A stretch of 64,000 nucleotides of DNA from NCBI GenBank assembly GCA_016183655.1, contig JACPEH010000001.1:280-64279 (forward strand), read 5' to 3'. Position 1 is the stretch's first letter, and each line of letters begins with the position of its first letter. Positions 16,784 to 28,752 of the stretch are shown in pieces. Source of the stretch: Rhodocyclales bacterium (GTDB taxonomy: Bacteria; Pseudomonadota; Gammaproteobacteria; Burkholderiales; Rhodocyclaceae). The notes beneath the pieces were generated by a model, which was given only the letters and a program-made list of their open reading frames with translations, did not search any database and was not told the origin of the DNA. The position numbers were made by a program, and so were the translations under genes.

Positions 16784-19700
16784 ATGACTTTCGAGTTTTC
16801 CCTGCAAACGGCAATTTTCTGCACACTCGGAAGTTCGCTGATCCTGGCGGCGACTTTCCATTATCTGTGGCGCCTCGAACGCCCGCAGCGTTTCCTGCTG
16901 TTCTGGTCGCTGGCCTTCTTCGCGCAGGCGCTGCGCATGTGCGCGCAGCTGGGCGTCACGCTCGGCATCGACAGCCTCGGCGTCGTCGCCGATGCCTTCT
17001 TCGCCTTGGCGGCGATCCTCATCTGGCGGGGCTGCTGCGAGCTGGGGGCGGTCCGTCCCCGACTGCCGGCAGTCGCCGCGGCGCTCGCCGCGGCCCTGGC
17101 CTGGAGCGCCTACGGCACGGCGGCGGCGCTGCCCTTCCTCGCCCGTTCCATCCCGCTCTACCTCGCCGCCGGCGGCCTGCTGATCCACGCTGGCTGGGTA
17201 CTCTTCCGCCTGTCCGGCGCCCAGCCGGAAACCGGTTATCGCGGACTCGCCCTGCTCTTCGTACTGCTCGGCGCGCACTACATCGACTATCCGCTGCTGC
17301 GTCCGCTGCCGTGGTTCGCGCCGATCGGCTTTGCGCTGGCGGCGATCCTGATGCTCGGCATCGGCATCATGATGCTGATCATCACCCAGCGCCGCCAGCA
17401 GTCGCAGCTGCGGCAGCTGGCGACGACACTGCGCGGCGAAATGGCGGAGCGACAGGAATCGGAGAGCCGCTACCAGACGCTGGTCGACGAGCTCGACGAG
17501 GGCATCATCGTCGTCGACAGCGAGCTATGCGTCGTCACCGCCAACCCGGCGGCCGCCCGCATGCTGGCAGTCCCGCTCGACCAGCTGCGCCGGCGCCCGA
17601 TGTACGACAACCCCTATCGCCTGCTGCGCGACGAGGACTCGCCGCTCGACCCCGACGACTACCCGCTGCACCGCGCCTTGCGCCAGGGGCACGCGGCGGC
17701 CGGCCAGATCCTGCTGCTGGAGCGCGCCGACGGCTCGCGACGCTGGCTGTCGATCGCCTCGCGGCCGCTGCTCCGCAGCGGCGAACAGACGCCCTACGCG
17801 GCCATCGTCTCCTTCTACGACATCAGCGCACAGAAGGCGGCCGAGCGTCGCCTGCTGGCGAGCGAGATCCGCTTCCGCAGCATCTTCGAGGGCGTCGCCA
17901 ACATCGCCGTGCAGGGCTACGACCGCGAGCGCCGGGTGATCTACTGGAACAACGCCAGCGAGCGTTTCTTCGGCTACAGCCGGCAGGAAGCGCTGGGCAA
18001 CTCCATCGATGCGCTGATCGTCGATCCGCGCGACCAGGAGGCGTTTCGCTGGGACTTCAACGCCTGGCTCGCCGGCGGACCGCCGCCGGCCTCGGGCGAA
18101 TTCACCGCCCGCCGCAAGGACGGCAGCAGCATCCGCATCTATTCCTCGCAGGTGATGATCAACAACCTCGCCGGCGAACCCGAGGTGTACTGCATCGACC
18201 TCGACTTCTCCGACAAGCACCGCCTGCAGAGCGAACTGCAGGTGTCTTCGGAACGCTTCCGGGCAATCGCCGAGTCGTCGGCGCTCGGCGTCGTCGTCGC
18301 CGACGAGCAAGGCAACTTCGTCTATTGCAACCCGCGCTACCTGACGTTGTCCGCGTCGACCCAGGAAGAAGTCCGCGCCGGCCGCTGGATCGAGCACCTG
18401 CACCCGGACGACCGCGAGCCGATGCGCCAGCACTGGCGCGAGGCGATCGCCACGCAAACCGGGTTCACCATGGAACGCCGCGTCATCACCGGCGATGGCG
18501 GCATCCTCTGGGCGCGGGCGCACATCGTGCCGATCCATTCCGAGCAGGGCGTTTTCCGCGGCTTCGTCGCCGCCGTCGAGGACATCACCGCGCTCAAGGA
18601 AGTGGAGCGGGCGCTGCGCTTCTCGGAAGCCAAGTACTCCGGCGCTTTCCACGCCAGCCTCGACTACGTCACGCTCAGCGACCTCGAAACCGGCGAGATC
18701 TACGAGGTCAACGAGGCCTTCGAGCGGCTGACCGGCTGGACGCGCGCGGAGTCGATCGGGCACACCGCGACGGAGCTCGGCCTGTGGCCGGACCAGGCCA
18801 CGCGCAGCGCGATGATCACGCGCTTGCGCGAGGAAGGCTTCCTGCGCGAATACCCGTTCCGCGTCGGCACGCGCGACGGCCGCTTCGTCGACAGCCTGCT
18901 CAACGCGTCGCTGATCACGCTCGACGGCCGCCAGTACCTGCTCGGCGTGGTGCGCGACATCACGCAGCAAAAAGAGGCCGAGGAAGCGCTGCGCCGCAGC
19001 GAGGAGAAATTCTCGCGCATCGTGCACTACTCGCCGGTGGCGCTGGCGATCACCGATGCCGCCACCGGCGCCATCGTCGACGTCAATCGCGCCTGGCAGG
19101 AGCTGATCGGCTACACGCGCGAGCAGATCATCGGCCACACCTCGCTGGAATTCGGGCTGTGGTTCGACGATGCTGAACGGGAGGCGCTCTACCGCAAGCT
19201 GGAGGAAGGCAAGGGCGAGCTCGACCGCTACGAATGCCGCTACCGGCGCGCCGACGGATCGGCCATCTACGGGATCATCTCCGGGCGCCTGTTCGACATC
19301 GGCGGCCGCAGCTGCTACCTGTGGAGCGTCACCGACATCACCCCGCGCCACGAACTGGAGGTACGCATGGCCCAGCTCAACGCCGAGCTGGAAGCCCGCG
19401 TCGCGGCACGCACCGCGGAACTGCAGCGGGCGCAGGACGAACTGATCCGCGCCGAGAAACTCGCTGCGCTCGGCGCGCTGGTCGCCGGCGTCGCGCACGA
19501 GCTGAATACGCCGATCGGCAACAGCGTCACCGTCGCCAGCACGCTGCACGAGCGTACGCAGGAGTTCGCCGAGCAGGTGAACGAAGGCGCGCTGCGCCGC
19601 TCGTCGTTGAACGCCTACCTGGAGGCAGCGCGCACCGCCAGCGACCTGCTGCTGCGCAGCCTCGACCAGGCGCGCAACCTGGTCGCCAGCTTCAAGCAGG

Positions 19701-20212
19701 TAGCGGTCGACCAGACCAGCGACCAGCGGCGCAAGTTCGACCTGCGCGAGGTCGTCGGTGAAGTGCTGACGACGCTGTCGCCGACCATCCGCAAGACGCC
19801 GTTCAAGGTGACGATGGAAATCCCCGCAGGCATCGTCCTCGACAGCTACCCCGGCCCGCTCGGCCAGGTCATCACCAACTTCGTCACCAATTCGCTGGTG
19901 CACGCCTTCGAAGGGCGCCAACACGGCAGCATCGTCGTCCGCGCCGGCGTGCCGGAACACGGACAGGTCGTGATGACCGTCACCGACGACGGCGTCGGCA
20001 TCGCCGAGGAACATTTCCGCCACATCTTCGACCCCTTCTTCACCACCAAGCTCGGCCAGGGGGGCAGCGGACTCGGCCTGCACATCGTCTACAACATCGT
20101 CACGCGCGTGCTCGGCGGCCGCATTTCGCTGGACAGCCAGCGTGGCATCGGCACGACGTTTATGCTTACAATGCCCTTGTGCGCACCGCGCGCCGAACCA
20201 GACAAATCCTGA
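16784..20212 (+). CDS. Membrane multi-PAS sensor histidine kinase
   Basis: About 7 TM helices, five PAS-like domains, GVAHELNTPIG H-box, DPFFTTK, GSGLGL. Confidence 0.93.
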   Translation: MTFEFSLQTAIFCTLGSSLILAATFHYLWRLERPQRFLLFWSLAFFAQALRMCAQLGVTLGIDSLGVVADAFFALAAILIWRGCCELGAVRPRLPAVAAALAAALAWSAYGTAAALPFLARSIPLYLAAGGLLIHAGWVLFRLSGAQPETGYRGLALLFVLLGAHYIDYPLLRPLPWFAPIGFALAAILMLGIGIMMLIITQRRQQSQLRQLATTLRGEMAERQESESRYQTLVDELDEGIIVVDSELCVVTANPAAARMLAVPLDQLRRRPMYDNPYRLLRDEDSPLDPDDYPLHRALRQGHAAAGQILLLERADGSRRWLSIASRPLLRSGEQTPYAAIVSFYDISAQKAAERRLLASEIRFRSIFEGVANIAVQGYDRERRVIYWNNASERFFGYSRQEALGNSIDALIVDPRDQEAFRWDFNAWLAGGPPPASGEFTARRKDGSSIRIYSSQVMINNLAGEPEVYCIDLDFSDKHRLQSELQVSSERFRAIAESSALGVVVADEQGNFVYCNPRYLTLSASTQEEVRAGRWIEHLHPDDREPMRQHWREAIATQTGFTMERRVITGDGGILWARAHIVPIHSEQGVFRGFVAAVEDITALKEVERALRFSEAKYSGAFHASLDYVTLSDLETGEIYEVNEAFERLTGWTRAESIGHTATELGLWPDQATRSAMITRLREEGFLREYPFRVGTRDGRFVDSLLNASLITLDGRQYLLGVVRDITQQKEAEEALRRSEEKFSRIVHYSPVALAITDAATGAIVDVNRAWQELIGYTREQIIGHTSLEFGLWFDDAEREALYRKLEEGKGELDRYECRYRRADGSAIYGIISGRLFDIGGRSCYLWSVTDITPRHELEVRMAQLNAELEARVAARTAELQRAQDELIRAEKLAALGALVAGVAHELNTPIGNSVTVASTLHERTQEFAEQVNEGALRRSSLNAYLEAARTASDLLLRSLDQARNLVASFKQVAVDQTSDQRRKFDLREVVGEVLTTLSPTIRKTPFKVTMEIPAGIVLDSYPGPLGQVITNFVTNSLVHAFEGRQHGSIVVRAGVPEHGQVVMTVTDDGVGIAEEHFRHIFDPFFTTKLGQGGSGLGLHIVYNIVTRVLGGRISLDSQRGIGTTFMLTMPLCAPRAEPDKS

Positions 20213-20217
20213 CTCCA

Positions 20218-22457
20218 TGCCAGCCAGCCACCTCAACGACGAACTCAACATCATCGACGACCTTGCACACGCACGGCCCGCGGTGACAACCGTCGAGGAC
20301 AATCCGTGGCGGATCCTGGTGGTCGACGACGACCCGGAGGTGCACAACGCGACAGCCTTCGCGCTGCAGGACATCCGCATCGACGGGCGTCCGCTGAGTT
20401 TCGTGCACGCCTATTCCGCCGACGAGGCGCTGGCGGCGATCAACGCCGACGACGACATCGCCGTCGTACTGCTCGACGTCGTCATGGAGCACGAGAGCGC
20501 GGGACTCGACCTGGTCAGAAAGGTCCGCCACGACCTCGGCCGCAACGCGATGCGCATCATCCTGCGCACCGGCCAGCCCGGCTACGCGCCGGAGATGCGG
20601 GTGATCCGCGAGTACGACATCAACGACTACAAGACCAAGTCGGAACTGACCCGCGTCCGCCTGCTGACCACGCTGACCACCGCCGTCCGCTCGTACGACC
20701 AGTTGCGCACGATCATGAACGCGCGGCGCGGCCTGGCGCTGATCGTCGACACCGCCGCCGACCTGCTCTCGCGCCGCGATCCGGGCGATTTCGCCGCCGC
20801 CGCGCTGGCCAGTGCCTGCCGGCTGGTGGGCAATGCCGACAGCGGCTTCCTCTGCGCCCGCCGGCAGAACTTCCCCAATTTCCCCGGCGAGCCGCCGCTG
20901 TTCGTGATCGGCGCCTGCGGCACCTTCGCCGACCAGCTCGGCCGGCCGCTCGCCGATTGCGGCGCTGCCGGCGCCTTCGCGGCAACGGCTTACGGCGAGC
21001 GGCGGAAGAGTTTCGTCGACGGCGGCAATGCGGCGTTCTTCATCGCCGGCGAGAACAACCGCGACGCCGTGCTCTACCTGAAGACGGCATCGCCGCTGTC
21101 GGAAAGCGAACGGCAGCTGCTCGAAGTGTTCTGCGTGAACATCGGCGTCGGCCTGGAGAATGCCGGTCTGATCTCCGACCTCAGCTTCTCGGCCTTCACC
21201 GACCGCCTGACGCGGCTGTCCAACCGCAGCGGTTTCGTCGCCCGCATCGACGAACATCTCCGCTCCGGCAGCCGCGGCTGGACCGTCGCGCTGCTCGACA
21301 TCGACCATTTCTCGGAACTGAACGACGCCCTCGGCCACCACAAGGGCGACCAGCTGCTGCTCTCGGTGACGCAGCGCCTGTGCGCGATGCTGTCGCCCGA
21401 GATGGTACTCGCCCGCGTCGCCGGCGACGTCTTCGGCCTGCTCGGCCCGGACGCGGCGCTCGACCCGCGCCGGCTACTCGACCAGTTCAAGCTGCCTTTC
21501 CTGGTCGACGAATATTCGCTGCCGGTGAAGGCCACGCTCGGCCTGACCCGCCTCGACGAAGTCGCCGACAGCGACGGCATCGACCTCTTGAAGGCGACCA
21601 ACATTGCGCTCAACCGCGCCAAGAGCGGCGACCGCGGCCGCTGGCACTACTACACCGAGGACATGGCGCGCGAGACGCGCACCCGCCTCGACCGGCTGCA
21701 CGAGCTGCGCATCGCCGTCACCCAGCAGCGCGGCCTCGAACTGCATTACCAACCGCAGGTCGAGCTGTCCGGCGGCCGCCTGGTCGGTGCCGAGGCGCTG
21801 ATCCGCTGGCGCGGCGCCGACGGCGAATTCATCCGCCCCGACCTGTTCATCTCGCTCGCCGAGTATTCCGGCCTGATCGTCGATCTCGGCGCCTGGGTCT
21901 TCCATACCGCGGTCCGCCAGCTGCGCGACTGGGACGCGAAGGGCCTCTCCGGCGTGCGCATGGCGATCAACGTCTCGCTGGTGCAGTTCCGCGACCCGCT
22001 GTTCCTCAGCCGCGTGCGCAGCGCCTTCGCCGAGACCGGCATTTCCCCCGCTCGCATCGAGCTGGAAATCACCGAGAGCGTGGCCATGCTGGAAGCCGAA
22101 ACGGTGATCGGCATCCTCACCGAACTCAAGCAGATGGGCATCCAGATCGCCATCGACGATTTCGGCACCGGCTTCTCGTCGCTCGCCTACCTGCACCGCC
22201 TGCCGATCGACCGCATCAAGATCGACCGCGCCTTCATCCGCGACCTCGACTCGAAGCGCGGTTCCGGCGCCAGCATTGCGCAGACGGTGATCGGGCTCGG
22301 CCGTTCGCTCGGCCTGTCGATCATCGCCGAGGGCGTCGAGACGGAAGCGCAGGCGCAGGTGCTGATGGACCTCGGCTGCCCGCTGGCGCAAGGTTTCTAC
22401 TATTCCCGGCCGGTGGACGCCGACAGTTTCCTGGCCTGGGCACAAGCCCGCGCCTGA
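20218..22457 (+). CDS. Receiver / DUF3369-like / degenerate GGDEF / EAL protein
   Basis: LVVDDD, LLDVVME, LRTGQPG; AGDVF; EALIRW, IDDFGTG. Confidence 0.9.
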
Positions 22458-22601
22458 GCGATATGCTTCGCATATCGCGAACAAGTACCCTTGGGGTGCG
22501 CCTGAGCGATATGCCTTGCATATCGCGAACAAGTGCCCTCGGGGTACGCCTGAGCGATATGCTTCGCATCTCGCGAACAAGTGCCCTCGGGGCACGCCTG
22601 A
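22451..22601 (+). repeat. Tandem array of three 48-bp two-hairpin units
   Basis: Units start 22451, 22499, 22547 with CGCCTGA; closing CGCCTGA at 22595. Confidence 0.95.
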
Positions 22602-22696
22602 CGGAAAATAGGCCTTTCCGCCAGTCTTGAGTTTTTCCCGGCGTTTCTGCATAGTTCGCCCCTTCCCTGCATTACCCCACCGCCGAATCGCCCCCC

Positions 22697-25027
22697 ATGC
22701 TCGCTCCGATCGAACACCGCATTGCCGTTGAACTGGGCGTCCGCCCGTCGCAGGTCATCGCCGCCGTCCAGCTCCTCGACGAAGGCGCCACCGTGCCCTT
22801 CATCGCCCGCTACCGCAAGGAAGTCACCGGCAACCTCGACGACACCCAGCTGCGCACGCTGGAAGAGCGCCTGACCTACCTGCGCGAGATGGAGGAGCGC
22901 CGCGCCGCGATCCTCGCCTCGATCGAGGAACAGGGGAAGATGACACCGGAACTGAAGGCCGAGATCCTGCAGGCGGAGACCAAGCAACGCCTGCAAGACC
23001 TCTACCTGCCGTACAAGCAAAAGCGCCGCACCAAGGCGCAGATCGCCCGCGAGGCCGGCCTCGCGCCGCTGGCCGAGGCGCTCTTGAACGACCCGACGCT
23101 GGTGCCGGAGGCCGAAGCCGCCAAGTACCTCAACGCCGACGCCGCAGCGGCTGGATTCGCCGACACCAAGGCGGTGCTCGACGGCGCCCGCCAGATCCTG
23201 ATGGAGCAGTTCGCCGAGGACGCCGGCCTGCTCGGCACGCTGCGCGAATACCTGGAAGAGCACGGCGTGGTGAAGTCGGTCGTCGCCGAGGGCAAGGAGA
23301 CCGAAGGCGCCAAGTTCCGCGACTATTTCGACTACTCGGAACCGCTAGGCGACATTCCGTCGCACCGCGCGCTGGCCCTCTTCCGCGGCCGCAACGAAAG
23401 CATGTTGCAGGTCTCGCTGGTGCTCGACTCCGAGCTCGATCAGGAAACGAAACCCATCGGCCACAACCCGTGCGAGGCGCGCATCGCCGCCCGCTTCGGC
23501 ATCAAGGACCAGGGGCGTCCGGCCGACAAGTGGCTCTCCGACACCGTGCGCTGGACGTGGAAGATCAAGATCTTCATGCACCTCGAACTGGAGCTGATGA
23601 ACGCGCTGCGCGAGCGCGCCGAGGAAGAGGCGATCCGCGTCTTCGGCCGCAACCTGAAGGACCTCTTGCTCGCCGCGCCGGCCGGCCCGCGCGCCGTGTT
23701 GGGCCTCGACCCCGGCATCCGCACCGGCTGCAAGATCGCCGTCGTCGACCGCACCGGCAAGTTGCTCGATACCGCCACCATCTACCCGCACGAGCCGCGC
23801 TGTGACTGGGAAGGCTCGCTGCATGTGCTGGCCGCGCTGTGCGCCAAGCATCAGGTGGAACTCATCAGCATCGGCAACGGCACCGCGTCGCGCGAGACGG
23901 ACAAGCTGGTGGCCGACCTGATGAAGCGCTACCCGGCGATGAAGCTGACCAAGATCATGGTCTCGGAAGCCGGCGCCTCGGTCTATTCGGCCTCGGAATT
24001 CGCCGCGAAGGAATTCCCGGAGCTCGACGTCAGCCTGCGCGGCGCGGTGTCGATTGCCCGCCGCCTGCAGGACCCGCTCGCCGAGCTGGTGAAGATCGAG
24101 CCGAAGGCGATCGGCGTCGGCCAGTACCAGCACGACGTGTCGCAGACCAAGCTGGCGCGGACGCTGGATGCCATCGTCGAGGACTGCGTGAACGCCGTCG
24201 GCGTCGACGTGAATACCGCCTCGGTCGCCCTGCTCACCCGCATTTCCGGGCTGAACGCCAGCCTCGCCGCGAACATCGTCTCCTGGCGCGACAGCCACGG
24301 CGCCTTCGCCGACCGCCAGGCGCTGCTGTCGGTGCCGCGGCTGGGCGACAAGACCTTCGAGCAGGCCGCCGGCTTCCTGCGCGTGATGAACGGCAACAAC
24401 CCGCTCGACGCCTCGGCCGTGCACCCGGAAGCCTACCCGGTGGTCGAGCGCATCCTCGCCGACATCAAGAAGGGCATCAAGGAAGTGATCGGCGATTCGC
24501 GCACGGTGAAGGCCGTGAACGCCGCCAAGTACGCCGACGACAAGTTCGGCCTGCCGACCGTGCAGGACATCCTCAAGGAACTGGAGAAACCCGGCCGCGA
24601 CCCGCGTCCCGAGTTCAAGGCGGCGACCTTCCGCGAAGGCGTCGAGAAGCTCTCGGACCTGGAGCCGGGGATGATGCTCGAAGGCGTCGTCACCAACGTC
24701 GCCAACTTCGGCGCCTTCGTCGACATCGGCGTCCATCAGGACGGCCTGGTGCACGTCTCGGCGCTCTCCGACCGCTTCGTCAAGGACCCGCACGAGGTGG
24801 TCAAGGCCGGCGACATCGTCAAGGTCAAGGTGCTGGAGGTCGACCTGCAGCGGCAGCGCGTCGCGCTGACCATGCGCATGTCGGACACGCCGACGGCGAA
24901 GAAGCCGGGCGCCGGTGCCGGCGGCATGGGCAACCGCCCGGGACAGGTGCCGCAGCGCCGCGACTCGCGACCGCAGCAGGCACCGGCCGGGGCCATGGCC
25001 GCGGCGTTCGCCAAACTCAAGAACTGA
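22697..25027 (+). CDS. tex: Tex family transcription accessory protein (S1 domain)
   Basis: [41 protein letters not shown]. Confidence 0.96.
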   Translation: MLAPIEHRIAVELGVRPSQVIAAVQLLDEGATVPFIARYRKEVTGNLDDTQLRTLEERLTYLREMEERRAAILASIEEQGKMTPELKAEILQAETKQRLQDLYLPYKQKRRTKAQIAREAGLAPLAEALLNDPTLVPEAEAAKYLNADAAAAGFADTKAVLDGARQILMEQFAEDAGLLGTLREYLEEHGVVKSVVAEGKETEGAKFRDYFDYSEPLGDIPSHRALALFRGRNESMLQVSLVLDSELDQETKPIGHNPCEARIAARFGIKDQGRPADKWLSDTVRWTWKIKIFMHLELELMNALRERAEEEAIRVFGRNLKDLLLAAPAGPRAVLGLDPGIRTGCKIAVVDRTGKLLDTATIYPHEPRCDWEGSLHVLAALCAKHQVELISIGNGTASRETDKLVADLMKRYPAMKLTKIMVSEAGASVYSASEFAAKEFPELDVSLRGAVSIARRLQDPLAELVKIEPKAIGVGQYQHDVSQTKLARTLDAIVEDCVNAVGVDVNTASVALLTRISGLNASLAANIVSWRDSHGAFADRQALLSVPRLGDKTFEQAAGFLRVMNGNNPLDASAVHPEAYPVVERILADIKKGIKEVIGDSRTVKAVNAAKYADDKFGLPTVQDILKELEKPGRDPRPEFKAATFREGVEKLSDLEPGMMLEGVVTNVANFGAFVDIGVHQDGLVHVSALSDRFVKDPHEVVKAGDIVKVKVLEVDLQRQRVALTMRMSDTPTAKKPGAGAGGMGNRPGQVPQRRDSRPQQAPAGAMAAAFAKLKN

Positions 25028-25071
25028 CCTCCGGCCCGTCGAGCGCTTCGGAACGGGCCGCCCCATCATTC

Positions 25072-25106
25072 CTGGATTCCGGGTTCCGCGGCGCGGCCCC
25101 GGAATG
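25072..25106. repeat. Degenerate CGTC-type palindrome / terminator-like hairpin
   Basis: CTGGATTCCGGG...CCCGGAATG after the tex stop. Confidence 0.6.
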
Positions 25107-25253
25107 CCTGCAGGGACAGGATGGGCACCGGCCGCTCTAACCGCCGTCATGGAGGCCGCTTTCGCCAGGCGCCAGGCAGGCCGGGCGACGCCCGGGCCGA
25201 AGTCCGGCCGATCTTCCCGGTGAAACCGCTGTCCGCCGCTGAAACAGTTCCGC

Positions 25254-28200
25254 CTACGACTCCACCGACCGAAGTTCCTGCATCGTGACGCCGCCGGCGC
25301 CGCTGCCGGTACCCTGCCGTTCCTGCGCCGGCTCCGGTCGGCCGAACAGGTAGCCCTGGTAGGCGTGGCAGTTGTGCGCAGCGAGGAAGGCCCGCTGCTC
25401 CTCGGTCTCCACCCCTTCCGCGATCACCGCCAGACCGAGGCTCTGGCCGAGGGCGACGATGGTGCGCGCGATCACCGCGTCATTCGGATCGGTAAGCACG
25501 TCGCGGACGAAGGAACGGTCGATCTTCAGCTGGTCGAGCGGCAGCCGCTTCAGATAGGCCAGCGACGAATAGCCGGTGCCGAAGTCGTCGAGCGAGAAGC
25601 TGACGCCGGCGGCCTTCAACGCCGTCATCTTGACCACGGTGGCCTCGATGTCGTCGAGCAGCAGGCTTTCCGTCAATTCCAGCTTGAGGCGGTGCGGATC
25701 GGCACCGCTGGCGCTGAGTGCCGACGCCACCTGGTAGACGAAGCCCGGATGGCGGAACTGGCGGGCGCTGACGTTGACTGCCAGCGTGAGATCGGCTGTT
25801 TCCGGCTGCACGCGCCACTGCGCGAGGCGGGCGCAGGCGGTGCGCAGCACCCATTCGCCGATCGGCAGGATCAGCCCGGTCTCTTCCGCCAGCGGGATGA
25901 ACTCGGCCGGCGGCACCAGGCCGCGCTGCGGGTGCTGCCAGCGCAGCAGCGCCTCGGCGCCGGTCATGCGGCCCTCGCCGTCGACCTGCGGCTGGTAGTG
26001 CAGCACGAACTGCTTGGCCTTCAGCGCCTCGCGCAGGTCGTCTTCAAGCACCGAGCGGGCGGTGACCACCGCCTGCATGCCCGGGTCGAAGAAGCGCATC
26101 GCGTTGCGCCCGGCGGCCTTCGCCTGGTACATCGCCAGATCGGCCTGCTTGAGCAGGTTGTCGATGCTCGTCTCCTGGCCGAGAAAGATCGTCACGCCGA
26201 TGCTCGGCGAGCTGTGATGCACCTTGCCGGCAAGGTCGTAATCCTGGTTGAGCGAATCGAGGATCTTGTTGCCCACGGTCTCGCTGTCGGCGGCGGCCTG
26301 CGTCGCGTCGCCGCCGAGATCCTCCAGCATCACCACGAACTCGTCGCCGCCGAGACGGGCCACCGTGTCGCAGCCGCGCAGGCAAGCCTGCAGCCGCCGC
26401 GCCACCTCGCACAGCAGCAGGTCGCCCATATCGTGGCCGAGAGTGTCGTTGAGGCTCTTGAAGTTGTCGAGGTCGATGAACAGCAACGCGCCGTGCTGCT
26501 CGTTGCGCGCGCTCGCCGACAGCGCCTGCTGCAGGCGGTCGAGCAGCAGGCGGCGATTCGGCAAGCCGGTCAGCGGATCGAAGAAGGCGAGGTCGTGGAT
26601 GCGCTGCTCGGCTTCCTTGCGTTCGCCGATGTCGGAGAAGGCGGCGACGTAGTGGGTGATGCTGCCGTCGGCGCCGCGCACCGCCGAGACGGTCTGCCAC
26701 TTCGGATAGATCTCGCCGTTCTTGCGCCGGTCCCAGATCTCGCCCTCCCAGGCGCCGGTGACCGCCAGCTGCCGCCACATGTCGGCATAGAACTCGGCGT
26801 CGTGGCGGCCGGACTTGAGGATCGCCGGCGACTGGCCGACTGCCTCCTCGGCGCTCCAGCCGGTCATCTCGACGAAGGCCTTGTTCACGCGCAGGATGAG
26901 GCCGTGGGCGTCGGTCACCATCATCCCGTGCAGCGATTCGAAGGCAGTCGCCGCGATGCGCAACTCCTGTTCGACGCGGCGGGCCTCGGTGACGTCGCGC
27001 AGCACGCCGACCAGGTGCGTGGTGTTGCCGCTGCCGTCGGCCGCCGGCGTCACCGTGATCTCGCACCAGAAGGGCGTGCCGTCCGAGCAGCGGCAATGGA
27101 TCTCGCCGTGGTAATACTCGCCGGCAAAGGCCGGCGCCAGTTCGGCGAGCAAGGCATCGGGAGCGTTCCTGCAGGCGTCGAGGAAGATCTCCCGCTCGCC
27201 GGGAAAGTTGCTCCCGTCGATGCGGAAGAACTGGCAGAAGGCGTCGTTGGCGTAGGTGATGCGCCGCTCGCCGTCGACGATCACGACTCCCTGGACGATC
27301 GCGCTCAGGGCGCGCCGATAGACGCGCAGCGCCGCCGCGAGGCGCGTCTGTTCGTCGGCCTGTGCCGCCCGGATCTGGCTTTCGCGGAAGACGCGCGCCG
27401 CGCGCGTCAGCGCGCCGATCTCGTCGGCGCGGTCGCTGTTGCGGATCTCGGCGCTGCGGTCGCCGGAGGCCAGCCGCTCCATCGCATCCGTCATGCTCCG
27501 CAGCGGCAGGATGATGCCGCGTGCGATGCCAACCGCCAGCCCCAGCGTCAACCCGAGCAGCAGCAGGGCCAGCAGGCCGATGCGCCAGGCCGTTTCCTCG
27601 GCCGCCGCCTTCAGCTCGCCGGCCTGCACGATCACGTCGTTGGCCAGCCGGTCCTCGATGCTCTTCAGCAAGTCGATCTTGCGCGTCATGCTGTCGAACC
27701 AGTGGCGGGCGTCGATGCGCCCGGTCGAACCGGTATCGCGGCTCTTCAGCAGGATCCGGCGCAGCCGCGTCACTTCCGCTTCGTTGATGCCGTACAGCGT
27801 CTTCTCGAAGAACGCGCTCTGCTCCGCCGTGGCGTAGAAATGGAATTCACGCAGGTAGATGCGCTGCTGGTTGATCAGCTCGACGATGCGCATGTAGGTC
27901 GGCGAATCGATCTTGCCGGCGGCGAACCCGGCGGAACCGATCGCCCGTTCCAGGCCGGTCTGCTCCTTGACGTGCAGCAAGCGGGTATACGCCGCGATGT
28001 TGCGGCTCAGGTCGGGATGGACGTCGGCCAGCAGCATCGCCTCGGCGATGCCGATCAGCTCGCCGATGGTGTCGCTGTAATAGGCGGTGACGCCGCCAAC
28101 GCCGACGCTGCGGTCGGCGATGGCGGCACGCATCTTCCAGATCTGCGCGAGCTTTTCCCGCGCCGCCTCGATCCGCGGCCGCAGGTAGGTCGCCTGTTCG

Positions 28201-28541
28201 AGCACGGCCGGCGTCTCGTCGTAGCGGTCAAGCATCTCCAGCAATTCGCTGCGGCGCAGGTCGGTCTGCGTGTGCCGGGCCGGCAGGCGCTCGGCGAAGG
28301 CGACCCCCTCCGCCGAACTGACCAGGCCGGCGGAAACGCCGCGCTCCAGCTGCAGCTCATGCACCAGCGCGCTGACCGCGGGCGCCAGCTCGGCCATGCG
28401 GCGCAGCATGTCCATGTTGCTGGCCGTCTGGTACTGGCGGCCGACGAGCAGGATCAGCAGGAACAGCATGCCCGCGATCGGCAGCGCCAGCGCCATCGCG
28501 ATGCGGGTGCCGATGGTCAGGTTACGGAGCTTGATCTGCAT
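25254..28541 (-). CDS. NIT-HAMP-PAS-PAS-GGDEF-EAL c-di-GMP signalling protein
   Basis: LVHELQLERG and KEQTGLERAIG (NIT nitrate/nitrite sensor), RADEIG, GGDEF, EALLRW. Confidence 0.9.
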   Translation of the reverse strand: MQIKLRNLTIGTRIAMALALPIAGMLFLLILLVGRQYQTASNMDMLRRMAELAPAVSALVHELQLERGVSAGLVSSAEGVAFAERLPARHTQTDLRRSELLEMLDRYDETPAVLEQATYLRPRIEAAREKLAQIWKMRAAIADRSVGVGGVTAYYSDTIGELIGIAEAMLLADVHPDLSRNIAAYTRLLHVKEQTGLERAIGSAGFAAGKIDSPTYMRIVELINQQRIYLREFHFYATAEQSAFFEKTLYGINEAEVTRLRRILLKSRDTGSTGRIDARHWFDSMTRKIDLLKSIEDRLANDVIVQAGELKAAAEETAWRIGLLALLLLGLTLGLAVGIARGIILPLRSMTDAMERLASGDRSAEIRNSDRADEIGALTRAARVFRESQIRAAQADEQTRLAAALRVYRRALSAIVQGVVIVDGERRITYANDAFCQFFRIDGSNFPGEREIFLDACRNAPDALLAELAPAFAGEYYHGEIHCRCSDGTPFWCEITVTPAADGSGNTTHLVGVLRDVTEARRVEQELRIAATAFESLHGMMVTDAHGLILRVNKAFVEMTGWSAEEAVGQSPAILKSGRHDAEFYADMWRQLAVTGAWEGEIWDRRKNGEIYPKWQTVSAVRGADGSITHYVAAFSDIGERKEAEQRIHDLAFFDPLTGLPNRRLLLDRLQQALSASARNEQHGALLFIDLDNFKSLNDTLGHDMGDLLLCEVARRLQACLRGCDTVARLGGDEFVVMLEDLGGDATQAAADSETVGNKILDSLNQDYDLAGKVHHSSPSIGVTIFLGQETSIDNLLKQADLAMYQAKAAGRNAMRFFDPGMQAVVTARSVLEDDLREALKAKQFVLHYQPQVDGEGRMTGAEALLRWQHPQRGLVPPAEFIPLAEETGLILPIGEWVLRTACARLAQWRVQPETADLTLAVNVSARQFRHPGFVYQVASALSASGADPHRLKLELTESLLLDDIEATVVKMTALKAAGVSFSLDDFGTGYSSLAYLKRLPLDQLKIDRSFVRDVLTDPNDAVIARTIVALGQSLGLAVIAEGVETEEQRAFLAAHNCHAYQGYLFGRPEPAQERQGTGSGAGGVTMQELRSVES

Positions 28542-28752
28542 GCGCAGGCCCGGAACCTGGAACCAAGGGGAAAGGCCAATGGCTGCCGAAAAGCATGGCC
28601 GCAGCAAGCAGCCCGGCGGGGGGCGTTGCGGGCGGGGCGAAAGATTCGTCCGGGGGCATCGACAGGATGCTCAGATTGATAGCATTAGAAGGTTTGTATA
28701 TTAACCCGGTTTATCTGCAAACACGGCCCGCAACGGAGAAATGCCGGAGACC

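Noticed and set aside
22451-22601. CRISPR array
   Set aside because: Units are contiguous with no unique spacers and no cas genes nearby.
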